From contig CAXXDV010000001.1 in NCBI GenBank assembly GCA_963674745.2, positions 2,630,361 to 2,694,360 on the forward strand: DNA of 64,000 bases, read 5' to 3'. Source of the stretch: Desulfosudaceae bacterium. GTDB taxonomy: Bacteria; Desulfobacterota; Desulfobacteria; Desulfobacterales; Desulfosudaceae. The translations under genes were made by a program, and so were the position numbers. How positions within the stretch are numbered: position 1 is the first letter of the stretch; every line of letters starts with the position of its first letter. Under the pieces are notes generated by a model. That model worked only from the letters and a program-made list of their open reading frames with translations. It searched no databases and was not told the origin of the DNA. Shown one piece after another: positions 29,328 to 38,810 of the stretch.

Positions 29328-29597
29328 GATTGTTTGGAAGAGATACATCCTATGCTGGCGTAATAAGAAGAGGGGCTTCTCGCTTATTTTTGATAATCCG
29401 TTGGCGTTTGTCAGCCGGTGAAATCAATGGCAGTTTTTAAGATTGAAAATGATTCCTTGCCACCCGCGGAGTATACGACGCTTTGACAGGTAACGTTGAT
29501 TGGTTAACTTCTCAAATGAAGGACCTTTTCTGGATTAACCCGAGCTGGATTCTGGCCGGCATCAAAAAATAAAACAGGCAGGAGCGAATAAGCTGTT

Positions 29598-30719
29598 TTG
29601 AAAACACTATCAGTAGTCGCAACCAGCAGAAACGATGACCATGGCGGAAACCTGATTCATCGCACGCAATTATTTGTTGACGGGCTGATTGCCCAGTGCA
29701 ACCGGCACCAACTTGACGCGGAACTGATACTGGTGGAATGGAACCCGCCAACGGATCGCCCTCCGTTATCTCAAGCGTTAAAGTGGCCTGAAAATACCGG
29801 CAGGTGTGACATTCGAATTGTCCAGGTGCCGGAGGTAATTCATCAGAGAATCCGGTATGCCGAAAAACTTCCGCTTTTTCAAATGATCGCCAAGAATGCG
29901 GGTATTCGAAGGGCCCGGGGACGATTCATACTGGCCACGAACATTGATATTTTATTGTCGGACGAATTGATGGCGTTTATCAGTGCCGGCCAGCTTGTAC
30001 CGGGCTGCCTTTACCGCATTGATCGTTATGATGTATACGGCGATATCCCGGCTGACCGGGGAATGGACGGCATCCTGGCTTATTGCCGTAAACATGTATT
30101 GCGGACGAATAACCGATATTATTCAAGGAACCTTGACTCAGGGCTGATAAGTTGGACCCAGTACCCGGCCTGGCCGTTACCCTACATGTCCTTTTTTTTG
30201 TATGATTTGCGGAATAAAAGGCGACAGGGAAATAATGTGCCCCTTTGGGCGGCCCGATACCTCCGGTATGTCACCGTGCTGGGGATTCGAATGGTACGAC
30301 AAATATTTAGCCATGAATGGATCCCCCCGCTCCATACAAACGCCTGTGGTGATTTCACATTGATGGATGCCGATTCATGGAAGTCGCTTAGAGGATACTG
30401 GGAGTGGGAGGGCTTCTCCATGCATCTGGATTCTCATCTGCTTTATGCCGCTTATCTGGCCGGTATCCGGCAAAAAATTCTCAAAGAACCGATGCGGATT
30501 TACCATATCGAGCATGATATGGGGTCCGGGTATACACCCGAGGGGAAAGACACCCTTTATGAAAGAATCAGTAAAGCGGGTATCCCCATGCTGGACATGG
30601 ATCAGCTGCGAAACCGGTTCGCAGGGTTGCGGCGTGAAGGCAAACGACTGATTTATAATACGAAAGACTGGGGCCTGGCAAGTGTCGATTTGCCGGAAAC
30701 ACGAATCGGAAGTCAATAA
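29598..30719 (+). CDS. GT-A-like glycan-modifying protein, paralog 1
   Basis: SRNDDHGG, LVEWNPP, KNAGIRRARGRFILATNIDIL, LHTNACGDF. Confidence 0.7.
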   Translation: MKTLSVVATSRNDDHGGNLIHRTQLFVDGLIAQCNRHQLDAELILVEWNPPTDRPPLSQALKWPENTGRCDIRIVQVPEVIHQRIRYAEKLPLFQMIAKNAGIRRARGRFILATNIDILLSDELMAFISAGQLVPGCLYRIDRYDVYGDIPADRGMDGILAYCRKHVLRTNNRYYSRNLDSGLISWTQYPAWPLPYMSFFLYDLRNKRRQGNNVPLWAARYLRYVTVLGIRMVRQIFSHEWIPPLHTNACGDFTLMDADSWKSLRGYWEWEGFSMHLDSHLLYAAYLAGIRQKILKEPMRIYHIEHDMGSGYTPEGKDTLYERISKAGIPMLDMDQLRNRFAGLRREGKRLIYNTKDWGLASVDLPETRIGSQ

Positions 30720-30720
30720 T

Positions 30721-31821
30721 ATGACCATTGCCTCCCCCTATGTGTCTTTTGTCGTAACGTCCCGCAATGACGACCCGGGAGGGGCCTTGTTGCCGCGTAT
30801 GCAGATGTTTGTGGATGGCCTGGTTGTTCAGTGCAACCGGCATCATCTGGACGCTGAGCTGATCATCGTTGAATGGAACCCGCCCCCTGATCGCCCACGG
30901 TTATTTGAAGCGATCAGGATACCGGCGGATACCGGTTCATGTCATATCCGAATTGTCGAAGTCCCGCCCGCAGTTCATGCGCAGTTTGAAGGCTCAGCCT
31001 CCTTGCCGCTTTTTCAAATGGTCGGGAAAAACACCGGCATTCGAAGGGCGCACGGTGAATTCGTTCTGGCGACCAACGTAGATATCCTTTTTTCAGAAGT
31101 GTTGATGCGCTTTCTGGCATCAAAACAATTAAGAAACGATATGATGTACCGGGTTGACAGGTATGATGTAAGAGCGGACATACCGCCCGGCTTGTCCGTT
31201 CCCGAACGGCTTGACTGGTGTCGGAATAATATTGTCCGTATCAACGGATCCGATGGGACGATAGCGGTCAAATTCGGAAACAGCCTCCAGGCATGTACGG
31301 TTAAAAAAAATATGATCAAAAAGGCAACGGCTTTTCTGGCCGGGCGGAGGCGTTTCCTGCACACAAACGCGTGCGGGGATTTCACACTTTTAGCCAGGGA
31401 AAAATGGATGGCTGTGAGGGGGTATCCGGAGCTCAGGGTGTTCGCTCTGTACCAGGACGGTCTGCTCTGTTATGCGGCTCACTTTGCCGGCGCCCGGGAG
31501 ATGCGGTTGAAGGACCCGATGCGGATTTATCACATTGATCACCCTCCCCGGGGAGACGGCGCCGGCCGGGCTGAAAAATTATTGAAACCGATGCACCGTA
31601 ATCCGGTCCAGGAACCCGTCGGCGGATGGCTTCTCAGGCGCCCCGGATTGTTAAAGGATAATGATATTGAAAATGAAGGTGTCTTCCCGTTGAGTTATGC
31701 CCAGTATCGGGTATGGGTCAAGCAGATGAGGCGGCGAAAGACGCCGATCCTTTTCAATCAGGATGATTCCTGGGGCCTGGCAGACACGTCGTTGAAAGAA
31801 TGGAGTTCTTCCGCCCGGTGA
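30721..31821 (+). CDS. GT-A-like glycan-modifying protein, paralog 2
   Basis: SRNDDPGG, VEWNPP, KNTGIRRAHGEFVLATNVDIL, LHTNACGDF; tandem duplicate of the previous gene. Confidence 0.7.
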   Translation: MTIASPYVSFVVTSRNDDPGGALLPRMQMFVDGLVVQCNRHHLDAELIIVEWNPPPDRPRLFEAIRIPADTGSCHIRIVEVPPAVHAQFEGSASLPLFQMVGKNTGIRRAHGEFVLATNVDILFSEVLMRFLASKQLRNDMMYRVDRYDVRADIPPGLSVPERLDWCRNNIVRINGSDGTIAVKFGNSLQACTVKKNMIKKATAFLAGRRRFLHTNACGDFTLLAREKWMAVRGYPELRVFALYQDGLLCYAAHFAGAREMRLKDPMRIYHIDHPPRGDGAGRAEKLLKPMHRNPVQEPVGGWLLRRPGLLKDNDIENEGVFPLSYAQYRVWVKQMRRRKTPILFNQDDSWGLADTSLKEWSSSAR

Positions 31822-32831
31822 AAGTAAAACGACTAATTTCAGAACTGATTGATTCGCTCGACCGGCCCCTGGTTTTTGTTGATTGTGGTGCCCGGGGGGG
31901 AATCCAGAACATTCTTTCCCGGGCGGTTCCGGGCGCAATCGTTATCGGATTTGAGCCGGACAAGGCGGAGTGTGAACGGTTGAGGCGCGCGGCACCGGAG
32001 AATCACAGGTATTTCCCGGTTGCTGCCGGTAAAAGAAAAGAAATCCGGACGCTGTACTTAACGGCCAATCCTTCCTGCTCTTCTTTGTTGAAACCCGATT
32101 TCGAATTATGGAACCGTTTACTGGATTGCGAAGCGTTCATCGAAATTCAAGCAGAGCAAGCGGTTGAAACGGTAACCCTGGACGGATTTTTACCCGAATC
32201 CGGAATAAAAGATGTGGATCTTCTTAAACTGGATACGCAGGGAACGGAACTAGACATACTGCAGGGGGCGGAATTTTTTCTGTCATCAACTATTCTGGGT
32301 GTTATCACCGAGGTGGAATTCTCCCCGATGTACCAGGACCAGGCAGTTTTTTCGGATGTCGATTCTTATTTGAGACAATTCGGCTTCATGCTTTTTGATC
32401 TGTCCAGGCACCGGTATCGGCGGACAAGTTATCCCAGGGAATCAGAAACGCGCGGGCAGCTTCTGGCCGGCGACGCTTATTACCTCAAGGACTATCGATG
32501 CATTAACCGTAATGTTAAGGAGCAGTTGATGCGGCTGATAGCCGTCGCGTCTTATTATGGTTTCCATGATTATGCATTGGAGATCATTATTTTTCTTCTG
32601 GAAGATAAATCCGTTCAGCTGGAGGTCTTCGAAAAAGTGGCCCTGGAGCAGATTTGTCACCGATTTCTGACTGAACCCCTATATCGAAATGGTTTCATCA
32701 CGAAGATGTTACGTCTGGTGAATCATCCGCCCTTGCGAAAGATCCTTCGTCATGCTGTCATCTTCCTGAAAAAGATAACCAGCAGCTATGACGGCCTGCA
32801 GTCAAAAAGCCGTTACGAATGGCGCGATTGA
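31800..32831 (+). CDS. FkbM-family methyltransferase
   Basis: VDCGARGG, GFEPD, LKLDTQGTEL, EVEF; start may be GTG 31818. Confidence 0.85.
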   Translation: MEFFRPVKVKRLISELIDSLDRPLVFVDCGARGGIQNILSRAVPGAIVIGFEPDKAECERLRRAAPENHRYFPVAAGKRKEIRTLYLTANPSCSSLLKPDFELWNRLLDCEAFIEIQAEQAVETVTLDGFLPESGIKDVDLLKLDTQGTELDILQGAEFFLSSTILGVITEVEFSPMYQDQAVFSDVDSYLRQFGFMLFDLSRHRYRRTSYPRESETRGQLLAGDAYYLKDYRCINRNVKEQLMRLIAVASYYGFHDYALEIIIFLLEDKSVQLEVFEKVALEQICHRFLTEPLYRNGFITKMLRLVNHPPLRKILRHAVIFLKKITSSYDGLQSKSRYEWRD

Positions 32832-32888
32832 TCGCGAAGCCTGACCGGCAAAGCGATGTAAAAGAGAATAATTTGATTCAAGCCGAGG

Positions 32889-33728
32889 ATGATTATGTCG
32901 AATTTCAGAAAAGTACCGATTGACAGTGTACAGGAATACTGGAATGCCCGACCCTGCAATATCCGGCATTCAAAGAAACCGGTGGGTTCAAAGGAATATT
33001 TCGATGAGGTGGAAGCGCGCAAGTATTTTGTCGAGCCCCACATTCCCGGATTCGCCGATTTTTCAAGATGGCAGGGGAAACGGGTCCTTGAAATCGGTTG
33101 CGGCATCGGGACGGACACCATTAATTTTGCAAGAGCCGGGGCTCGTGTAACAGCGATAGACCTTTCTGAAGAATCGCTGAAAGTGGCCGGAAAAAGAGCG
33201 GAAGTCTTCGGGCTTGCCGATCGGATCCGGTTTTATTGCGGCAACAGCGAAACTCTGGATCGTTTTGTCCCGGTTGAAGCCTATGACCTGGTGTATTCTT
33301 TTGGCGTAATTCATCACACGCCCAGTCCGGAGGCAGTTGTCAGCGGCATTCGGAAATATATGTCGGAAGATAGCGAGTTCCGCCTGATGCTCTACAGTAA
33401 GGCCAGTTATAAACTTTTCTGGATTATGAAAGAAGAGGGAATCTGGGATATGGGCCGTCTTGATGAACTGATCGCCCGGAATTCCGAGGCCCAAACCGGA
33501 TGCCCCGTGACATATACATATACGTTCAATGAGGTCAGGAAATTATTGACGGGCTTTGAAATTATGGATATGCGCAAAGCGCATATTTTTACATGGGACG
33601 TCGCTGCCTATAAGAACTATGAATATGTGAAGGACCCGGTCTGGGCCGATGTCAGCGTGGAGCAGTTAGCGGAGCTTGAAAAAGAACTCGGGTGGCACCT
33701 TTTGACACGGGCCCGTTTGGCGTTGTAA
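32889..33728 (+). CDS. Class I SAM-dependent methyltransferase
   Basis: VLEIGCGIGTD, YSFGVIHHTP. Confidence 0.9.
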   Translation: MIMSNFRKVPIDSVQEYWNARPCNIRHSKKPVGSKEYFDEVEARKYFVEPHIPGFADFSRWQGKRVLEIGCGIGTDTINFARAGARVTAIDLSEESLKVAGKRAEVFGLADRIRFYCGNSETLDRFVPVEAYDLVYSFGVIHHTPSPEAVVSGIRKYMSEDSEFRLMLYSKASYKLFWIMKEEGIWDMGRLDELIARNSEAQTGCPVTYTYTFNEVRKLLTGFEIMDMRKAHIFTWDVAAYKNYEYVKDPVWADVSVEQLAELEKELGWHLLTRARLAL

Positions 33729-33756
33729 TTGAAACATTATGAGGGGAGTTTCTAAA

Positions 33757-35121
33757 ATGCGATTTTCAGTTATCGGGTTGGGCAAACTGGGCGCCAGTAT
33801 GGCTGCGGCTATCGCCAGCCGCGGTTTTGATGTAATCGGAGTGGATGTCAGCAATAAAGCCGTGGCTGATGTAAATGCCGGCCATGCGCCTGTCCAGGAG
33901 ACGGACTTGGAAGAAATGATTTCGAAAAATGCCGAACGCATCAGAGCTACCCTGGATCATGTAGATGCCGTTTTAAATTCGGACCTGTCTTTTGTCATTG
34001 TGCCCACACCAAGCGATGAGAAAGGGGCTTTCTCCCTGCAGTATGCCAAATGGGCGTTCCGCGAAATCGGGCGGGCACTGGGGCAGAAAAAAGAATATCA
34101 CAACGTGGTATTAACCAGTACGGTTTTGCCCGGTTCCACCCGGTACGGACTGCTGCCGATTTTGGAAGGTGAATCGAAAAAAACCTGCGGCCGGGATTTC
34201 GGTTTGTGTTACAGCCCGGAATTCATTGCCCTGGGAAACATTCTCAAGGATTTTTTGAATCCTGATTTTACCCTTATCGGTGAGTTTGACGATCGTTGCG
34301 GCAGCCAGTTGCAGGCCTGTTATGCTGAAATTATGGAGAACAAGCCGCCGTGTAAGCGGATGAGCCTGGAAAATGCCGAGCTGACGAAAATTTCCGTCAA
34401 CACGTTTGTTACCACTAAAATCGCCTTTGCCAATATGCTGTCTGAATTGTGTGAAAAAATACCGGGCGGTGATGTGGATGTCGTCACTGATGCCCTGGGT
34501 GCTGACCTGCGCATCGGAAGCCGATACCTGAAAGGGGGGCTTGGCTACGGCGGTCCCTGTTTCCCCCGGGATAATGTGGCGCTTGGATTTATGACCCGGG
34601 CACTGGGTGCCCGGGCTTCCCTGGCGGAAGTGACCGATCAGTTTAACCGCCAAATGCCGGAAAAACTGTTCCACCAGATTAAAGGGCTCGTCACCAAAGG
34701 GTCGACCGTCGCTGTTCTGGGACTGGCCTATAAACCCATGAGCCATGTCATTGAAGAGTCTCAATCAATTGTGCTGGCGAAGTTGCTGGCCGGTTCCGGA
34801 GAGCGGGTCATCGGGTATGACCCGCTGGCAGGTGATACGGCGAGGCTCGAACTCGCTTACGACGCGCTGGTATTGGACTCCCTTGAAACCTGTCTGGCGC
34901 AGGCGGATACGGTTTTAATTACCACCCCTGATCCGGTGTTCAAGGCCTTGAAAGCCGCGGATTTCACGCGAAGACCGGTAACGGTTCTGGATTTCTGGCG
35001 CATTCTGTCTGATGAATTGACCGGTGTCCCCGGGATTAACTATGTTCCCGCAGGACGAAACACGGATGACCTCTCCGGGGAAGCGTTACTGAAAGAGCTC
35101 TGGGGTAACGGACCAGAATAG
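33757..35121 (+). CDS. UDP-glucose/GDP-mannose dehydrogenase family protein
   Basis: GLGKLG, VPTPS, STVLPG, PEF, GYGGPCFPRD, LGLAYKP. Confidence 0.92.
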   Translation: MRFSVIGLGKLGASMAAAIASRGFDVIGVDVSNKAVADVNAGHAPVQETDLEEMISKNAERIRATLDHVDAVLNSDLSFVIVPTPSDEKGAFSLQYAKWAFREIGRALGQKKEYHNVVLTSTVLPGSTRYGLLPILEGESKKTCGRDFGLCYSPEFIALGNILKDFLNPDFTLIGEFDDRCGSQLQACYAEIMENKPPCKRMSLENAELTKISVNTFVTTKIAFANMLSELCEKIPGGDVDVVTDALGADLRIGSRYLKGGLGYGGPCFPRDNVALGFMTRALGARASLAEVTDQFNRQMPEKLFHQIKGLVTKGSTVAVLGLAYKPMSHVIEESQSIVLAKLLAGSGERVIGYDPLAGDTARLELAYDALVLDSLETCLAQADTVLITTPDPVFKALKAADFTRRPVTVLDFWRILSDELTGVPGINYVPAGRNTDDLSGEALLKELWGNGPE

Positions 35122-35160
35122 TTCTCACAAAAACAATTCGGGAGATGAAAGGGGCACAAC

Positions 35161-36150
35161 ATGGTAGATCAAAGACGGGCGTTGGTTTGTGGAGCCGGAG
35201 GGTTTATCGGTTCGCACATGGTTTTAAGATTGAAACAGCAAGGCTTCTGGGTTCGTGGCGTGGACTTGAAGTACCCCGAATTCAGCCCCTCGGCTGCCGA
35301 TGATTTCCTTGTCGGTGACTTAAGGGATCCTTATGTCTGTCGTTCAGCCGTTGATCAAAGGTTCGACGAGGTGTTCCAGTTCGCTGCGGATATGGGCGGC
35401 GCCGGATATGTTTTCACCGGAGAAAAAGACGCGGATATCATGCATAATTCGGCTTTGATAAATTTAAATATGCTGGATGCTGTTTTGAAAAGGAACGTCA
35501 AAAGGATTTTTTACTCCTCATCGGCTTGTATCTATCCGGAATATAATCAAATGGACCCGGACAACCCCGATTGTTCCGAAGACAGTGCCTACCCGGCGGC
35601 CCCGGACAGTGAATACGGTTGGGAAAAACTTTTCAGCGAACGGATGTACCTGAGCTTTCAGCGGAATTACGGTATGGAAGTCAGGATCGCAAGATACCAT
35701 AATATTTTCGGTCCGGAAGGAACCTGGGACGGCGGTAAAGAAAAAGCCCCGGCCGCATTGTGCCGCAAGGTTGCCGAAGTGCCTGATTGCGGAGAAATTG
35801 AGATGTGGGGTGACGGTAAGCAGACCCGGTCTTTCCTCTATATTGATGAATGTCTTGAAGGTACCCTCAAGCTGATGCGCTCGGACTGGACCGGTCCGGT
35901 GAATATCGGATCCGATGAAATGGTTTCCATCAATCAATTGGCCGAAATGGTCATGAAAATTGCCGGTAAAAAACTCCAGATAAAGCATATTGCCGGCCCT
36001 CTGGGGGTGAGAGGCCGGAATTCAGACAACAATCTTATTGAGAAAATGCTTGGCTGGAGACCGGCGCAGCCGCTTGAGGAAGGGTTAAAGAATACCTACA
36101 AATGGGTATTGGAACAGGTTAATCACCGACATGCATCCAGGAATACATGA
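35161..36150 (+). CDS. NAD-dependent epimerase, GDP-mannose 3,5-epimerase-like
   Basis: GAGGFIG, AADMGG, YSSSACIYP, YGWEK, GGKEKAPAALCRK, WGDGKQTRSF, GVRGRNSDN. Confidence 0.85.
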   Translation: MVDQRRALVCGAGGFIGSHMVLRLKQQGFWVRGVDLKYPEFSPSAADDFLVGDLRDPYVCRSAVDQRFDEVFQFAADMGGAGYVFTGEKDADIMHNSALINLNMLDAVLKRNVKRIFYSSSACIYPEYNQMDPDNPDCSEDSAYPAAPDSEYGWEKLFSERMYLSFQRNYGMEVRIARYHNIFGPEGTWDGGKEKAPAALCRKVAEVPDCGEIEMWGDGKQTRSFLYIDECLEGTLKLMRSDWTGPVNIGSDEMVSINQLAEMVMKIAGKKLQIKHIAGPLGVRGRNSDNNLIEKMLGWRPAQPLEEGLKNTYKWVLEQVNHRHASRNT

Positions 36151-37088
36151 TTTCTTTTTTTACCATTCCGAAACCTTTTTCAGGCAATATTGCCATTCTG
36201 CAGAGAAATGCCATTCAAAGCTGGATACGGCTGCATCCTGACATAGAGATTATACTGATGGGGGATGGCTCCGGTATTAGGGAAACGGCCACTGAATTCG
36301 GCATCAGGCATATACCTGATATTGAATGCAATGAATACGGCACGCCGCTGGTAAATGATGTTTTTGAAAGAGCCCAGGCAGCAGCAAAAAACCATCTGCT
36401 TTGCTATGTCAATACCGATATTATTTTGCTAAAAGATTTTACATCGATCATTCAAGGTGTATCAAGCCGCTTTGATCGGTTCCTTGGGATTGGTCAACGC
36501 TGGGACCTGGACATGACGATGGAAGTTGATTTTTCAGACAAAAATTGGGGGAAGAGGGTTTTCGACCTGATCGAGTCTAAAGGCCGGTTGCACCCTGAAA
36601 CCGGAATGGATTATTTTTTATTTTCCAAAGGTCTGTTTCAAAATATACCGCCTTTCGCGGTCGGCCGTACTTTCTGGGACGGCTGGCTGGTCTACAAAGC
36701 GCGCATCATGCGTGTCCCTGTAGTTGATTTTACAAAACAAGTGACGGTAATACACCAGAATCATGATTACGCGCATCATGCGGATGGTGCTCAAGGGGTT
36801 TGGAAAGGTCCGGAAGCACGAAAAAACAGGCAGCTCTCAGGCGGGTTTGCATATTTTTTTACAATAGGCGATGCTGATTGGGCTTTGGGCAAAGATGGCC
36901 GGTTAATACGGAATTTTTCAATTCAATATTTTTTTCGCCAATTTGTCGTTTTTCCGGTTATGTTCCCTTATCCGCGATGGAACAATCCGTTTTTACGGTT
37001 AATCTGGCAATTACTGATAATCGTTGATAAATTTGTTTGTAAGTTTGTGATGCTTCCGAAAAGGCTCTACATAACTTTTCAGAAATGA
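36147..37088 (+). CDS. GT-A glycosyltransferase-like protein
   Basis: QRNAIQSW, YVNTDII, HQNHDY. Confidence 0.7.
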   Translation: MISFFTIPKPFSGNIAILQRNAIQSWIRLHPDIEIILMGDGSGIRETATEFGIRHIPDIECNEYGTPLVNDVFERAQAAAKNHLLCYVNTDIILLKDFTSIIQGVSSRFDRFLGIGQRWDLDMTMEVDFSDKNWGKRVFDLIESKGRLHPETGMDYFLFSKGLFQNIPPFAVGRTFWDGWLVYKARIMRVPVVDFTKQVTVIHQNHDYAHHADGAQGVWKGPEARKNRQLSGGFAYFFTIGDADWALGKDGRLIRNFSIQYFFRQFVVFPVMFPYPRWNNPFLRLIWQLLIIVDKFVCKFVMLPKRLYITFQK

Positions 37089-37110
37089 TTACCGACGGAT
37101 ATAAACCCGC

Positions 37111-38013
37111 ATGAACATTTCTCCCATTGCCCTGTTTACTTACAATCGTCCCTGGCATACCCGGCGGACTGTAGAAGCACTTCAAAAAAATGATCTGGCT
37201 GAAGACAGCTCTCTTTTTATTTTTTCCGATGGGCCGAAAAACAGGGCAGATCGAGAAAATGTACTGGCGGTTCGCAGCTATATCCGGTCGATCTCGGGAT
37301 TTAAAGAGGTTGTTATCAATGAACGTGAAAGCAATTGGGGCCTGGCCGACTCGATTACGGACGGGGTGACGCGGGTGATCAATGATTATGGCCGCGTCGT
37401 TGTCCTGGAGGATGACCTGTTGACCGGTCCCGCTTTCTTGCGTTTTATGAACGACGCGCTGGTTTACTACAGAGATCAGAAAAAAGTATGGCATATCAGT
37501 GGTTGGAACTATCCGATCTCCCCGGAAGGATTACCACAGACGTTTTTGTGGCGTGTCATGAACTGCTGGGGGTGGGCAACCTGGGCGGACAGGTGGCAAT
37601 ACTATGGGCGTGATCCTGAAGGGTTGATCAAATCTTTTACCAGAAAAGAGATCCTCAGGTTCAACCTTGAAGGAAGTCACGACTTCTGGGATCAGGCCAG
37701 GCGGAACGCAAAGGGCCGCATTAAGAGCTGGGCGATCTTCTGGTATGCAACGATTTTCATGCATAATGGTTTATGCCTGAATCCCACCGCCTCACTGGTA
37801 CAGAATTTCGGCCGTGACGGCAGTGGCATGCATTGCGGCAGCGGTGATAAAAACCGTCCTGCCATGCCGCCGGCTGAGATCGCGCCCGGTCCTTTTCAGG
37901 AGAAAATAGAGGAGAATGCTGAAGTTGTGGACCATGTAAAAAAGTTTTTCGCTGCCGAAAGAAAAAGATCATCTCTGAAAGGTTCAATATGCAGATTGAT
38001 TATGAACAATTGA
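37111..38013 (+). CDS. GT2-like glycosyltransferase
   Basis: FTYNRP, FSDG, VLEDD, WGWATW. Confidence 0.8.
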   Translation: MNISPIALFTYNRPWHTRRTVEALQKNDLAEDSSLFIFSDGPKNRADRENVLAVRSYIRSISGFKEVVINERESNWGLADSITDGVTRVINDYGRVVVLEDDLLTGPAFLRFMNDALVYYRDQKKVWHISGWNYPISPEGLPQTFLWRVMNCWGWATWADRWQYYGRDPEGLIKSFTRKEILRFNLEGSHDFWDQARRNAKGRIKSWAIFWYATIFMHNGLCLNPTASLVQNFGRDGSGMHCGSGDKNRPAMPPAEIAPGPFQEKIEENAEVVDHVKKFFAAERKRSSLKGSICRLIMNN

Positions 38014-38810
38014 ACCTGGATGATGGCACCCTTAAAGAAATTAAACGGCTCCTGTCGTTACCCCGGGATAAACGTTCCGATCTGGAGCAGATGTGGTTTT
38101 TGATGGACTGCGTCTGGGATGAATGTGATTGTGATAATGCGCATCCTGACGGGGAAAAAATCAACCGTTTTTATTCGCATCCGGTCTGGTTGATCAACGG
38201 ATTGTTTCTGGAACAGCACGAACTGTCCATGCAGCACAGGCAGATTATCAGCGACTGGGTAGCCAAAGCCGGTTTCCAGTCGGTCGTTGACTACGGCGGT
38301 GGGTTCGGAACACTGGCCAAATTGATCGCGGCCAAGAGCCCTCATTGCCGGGTTGATGTTTACGAGCCCTACCAGGTTGATCCTGTTACCAGACAGCTGC
38401 AAGATGCCGGGCGTATTTTTTTTGTCAGGACGCTGGGGTGCTATGACTGTTTGGTCAGCACAGACGTCCTGGAGCATGTGGCCGACCCCCTGCTGGTTCT
38501 CGACGAGATGGTTAAGGCGGTAAAAGAAAGAGGGTTTTTAATCATTGCCAACAATTTTAAACCGGTTGTCAAATGCCACCTGCCACAGACCTTTCATTTA
38601 AAGTATTCATTTGATCTTATCGCCGCTAAAATGGGCCTGAAAAAAATAGGCCATCTGGATGGAAGTCACGCCTGGGTTTATTCCAAGGAAAAAACGGTTG
38701 GAAATGCTTTGCCGTCAGCCCGAAAATATGAAAAGTGGTCAAAGATACTGTTCCCGTTTTTTGAAAAAACGTATTCAATGATAAATTATTCCAGGCACCG
38801 TTTCAGATGA
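37989..38810 (+). CDS. Class I SAM-dependent methyltransferase
   Basis: VDYGGGFG, DVLEHV. Confidence 0.8.
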   Translation: MQIDYEQLNLDDGTLKEIKRLLSLPRDKRSDLEQMWFLMDCVWDECDCDNAHPDGEKINRFYSHPVWLINGLFLEQHELSMQHRQIISDWVAKAGFQSVVDYGGGFGTLAKLIAAKSPHCRVDVYEPYQVDPVTRQLQDAGRIFFVRTLGCYDCLVSTDVLEHVADPLLVLDEMVKAVKERGFLIIANNFKPVVKCHLPQTFHLKYSFDLIAAKMGLKKIGHLDGSHAWVYSKEKTVGNALPSARKYEKWSKILFPFFEKTYSMINYSRHRFR

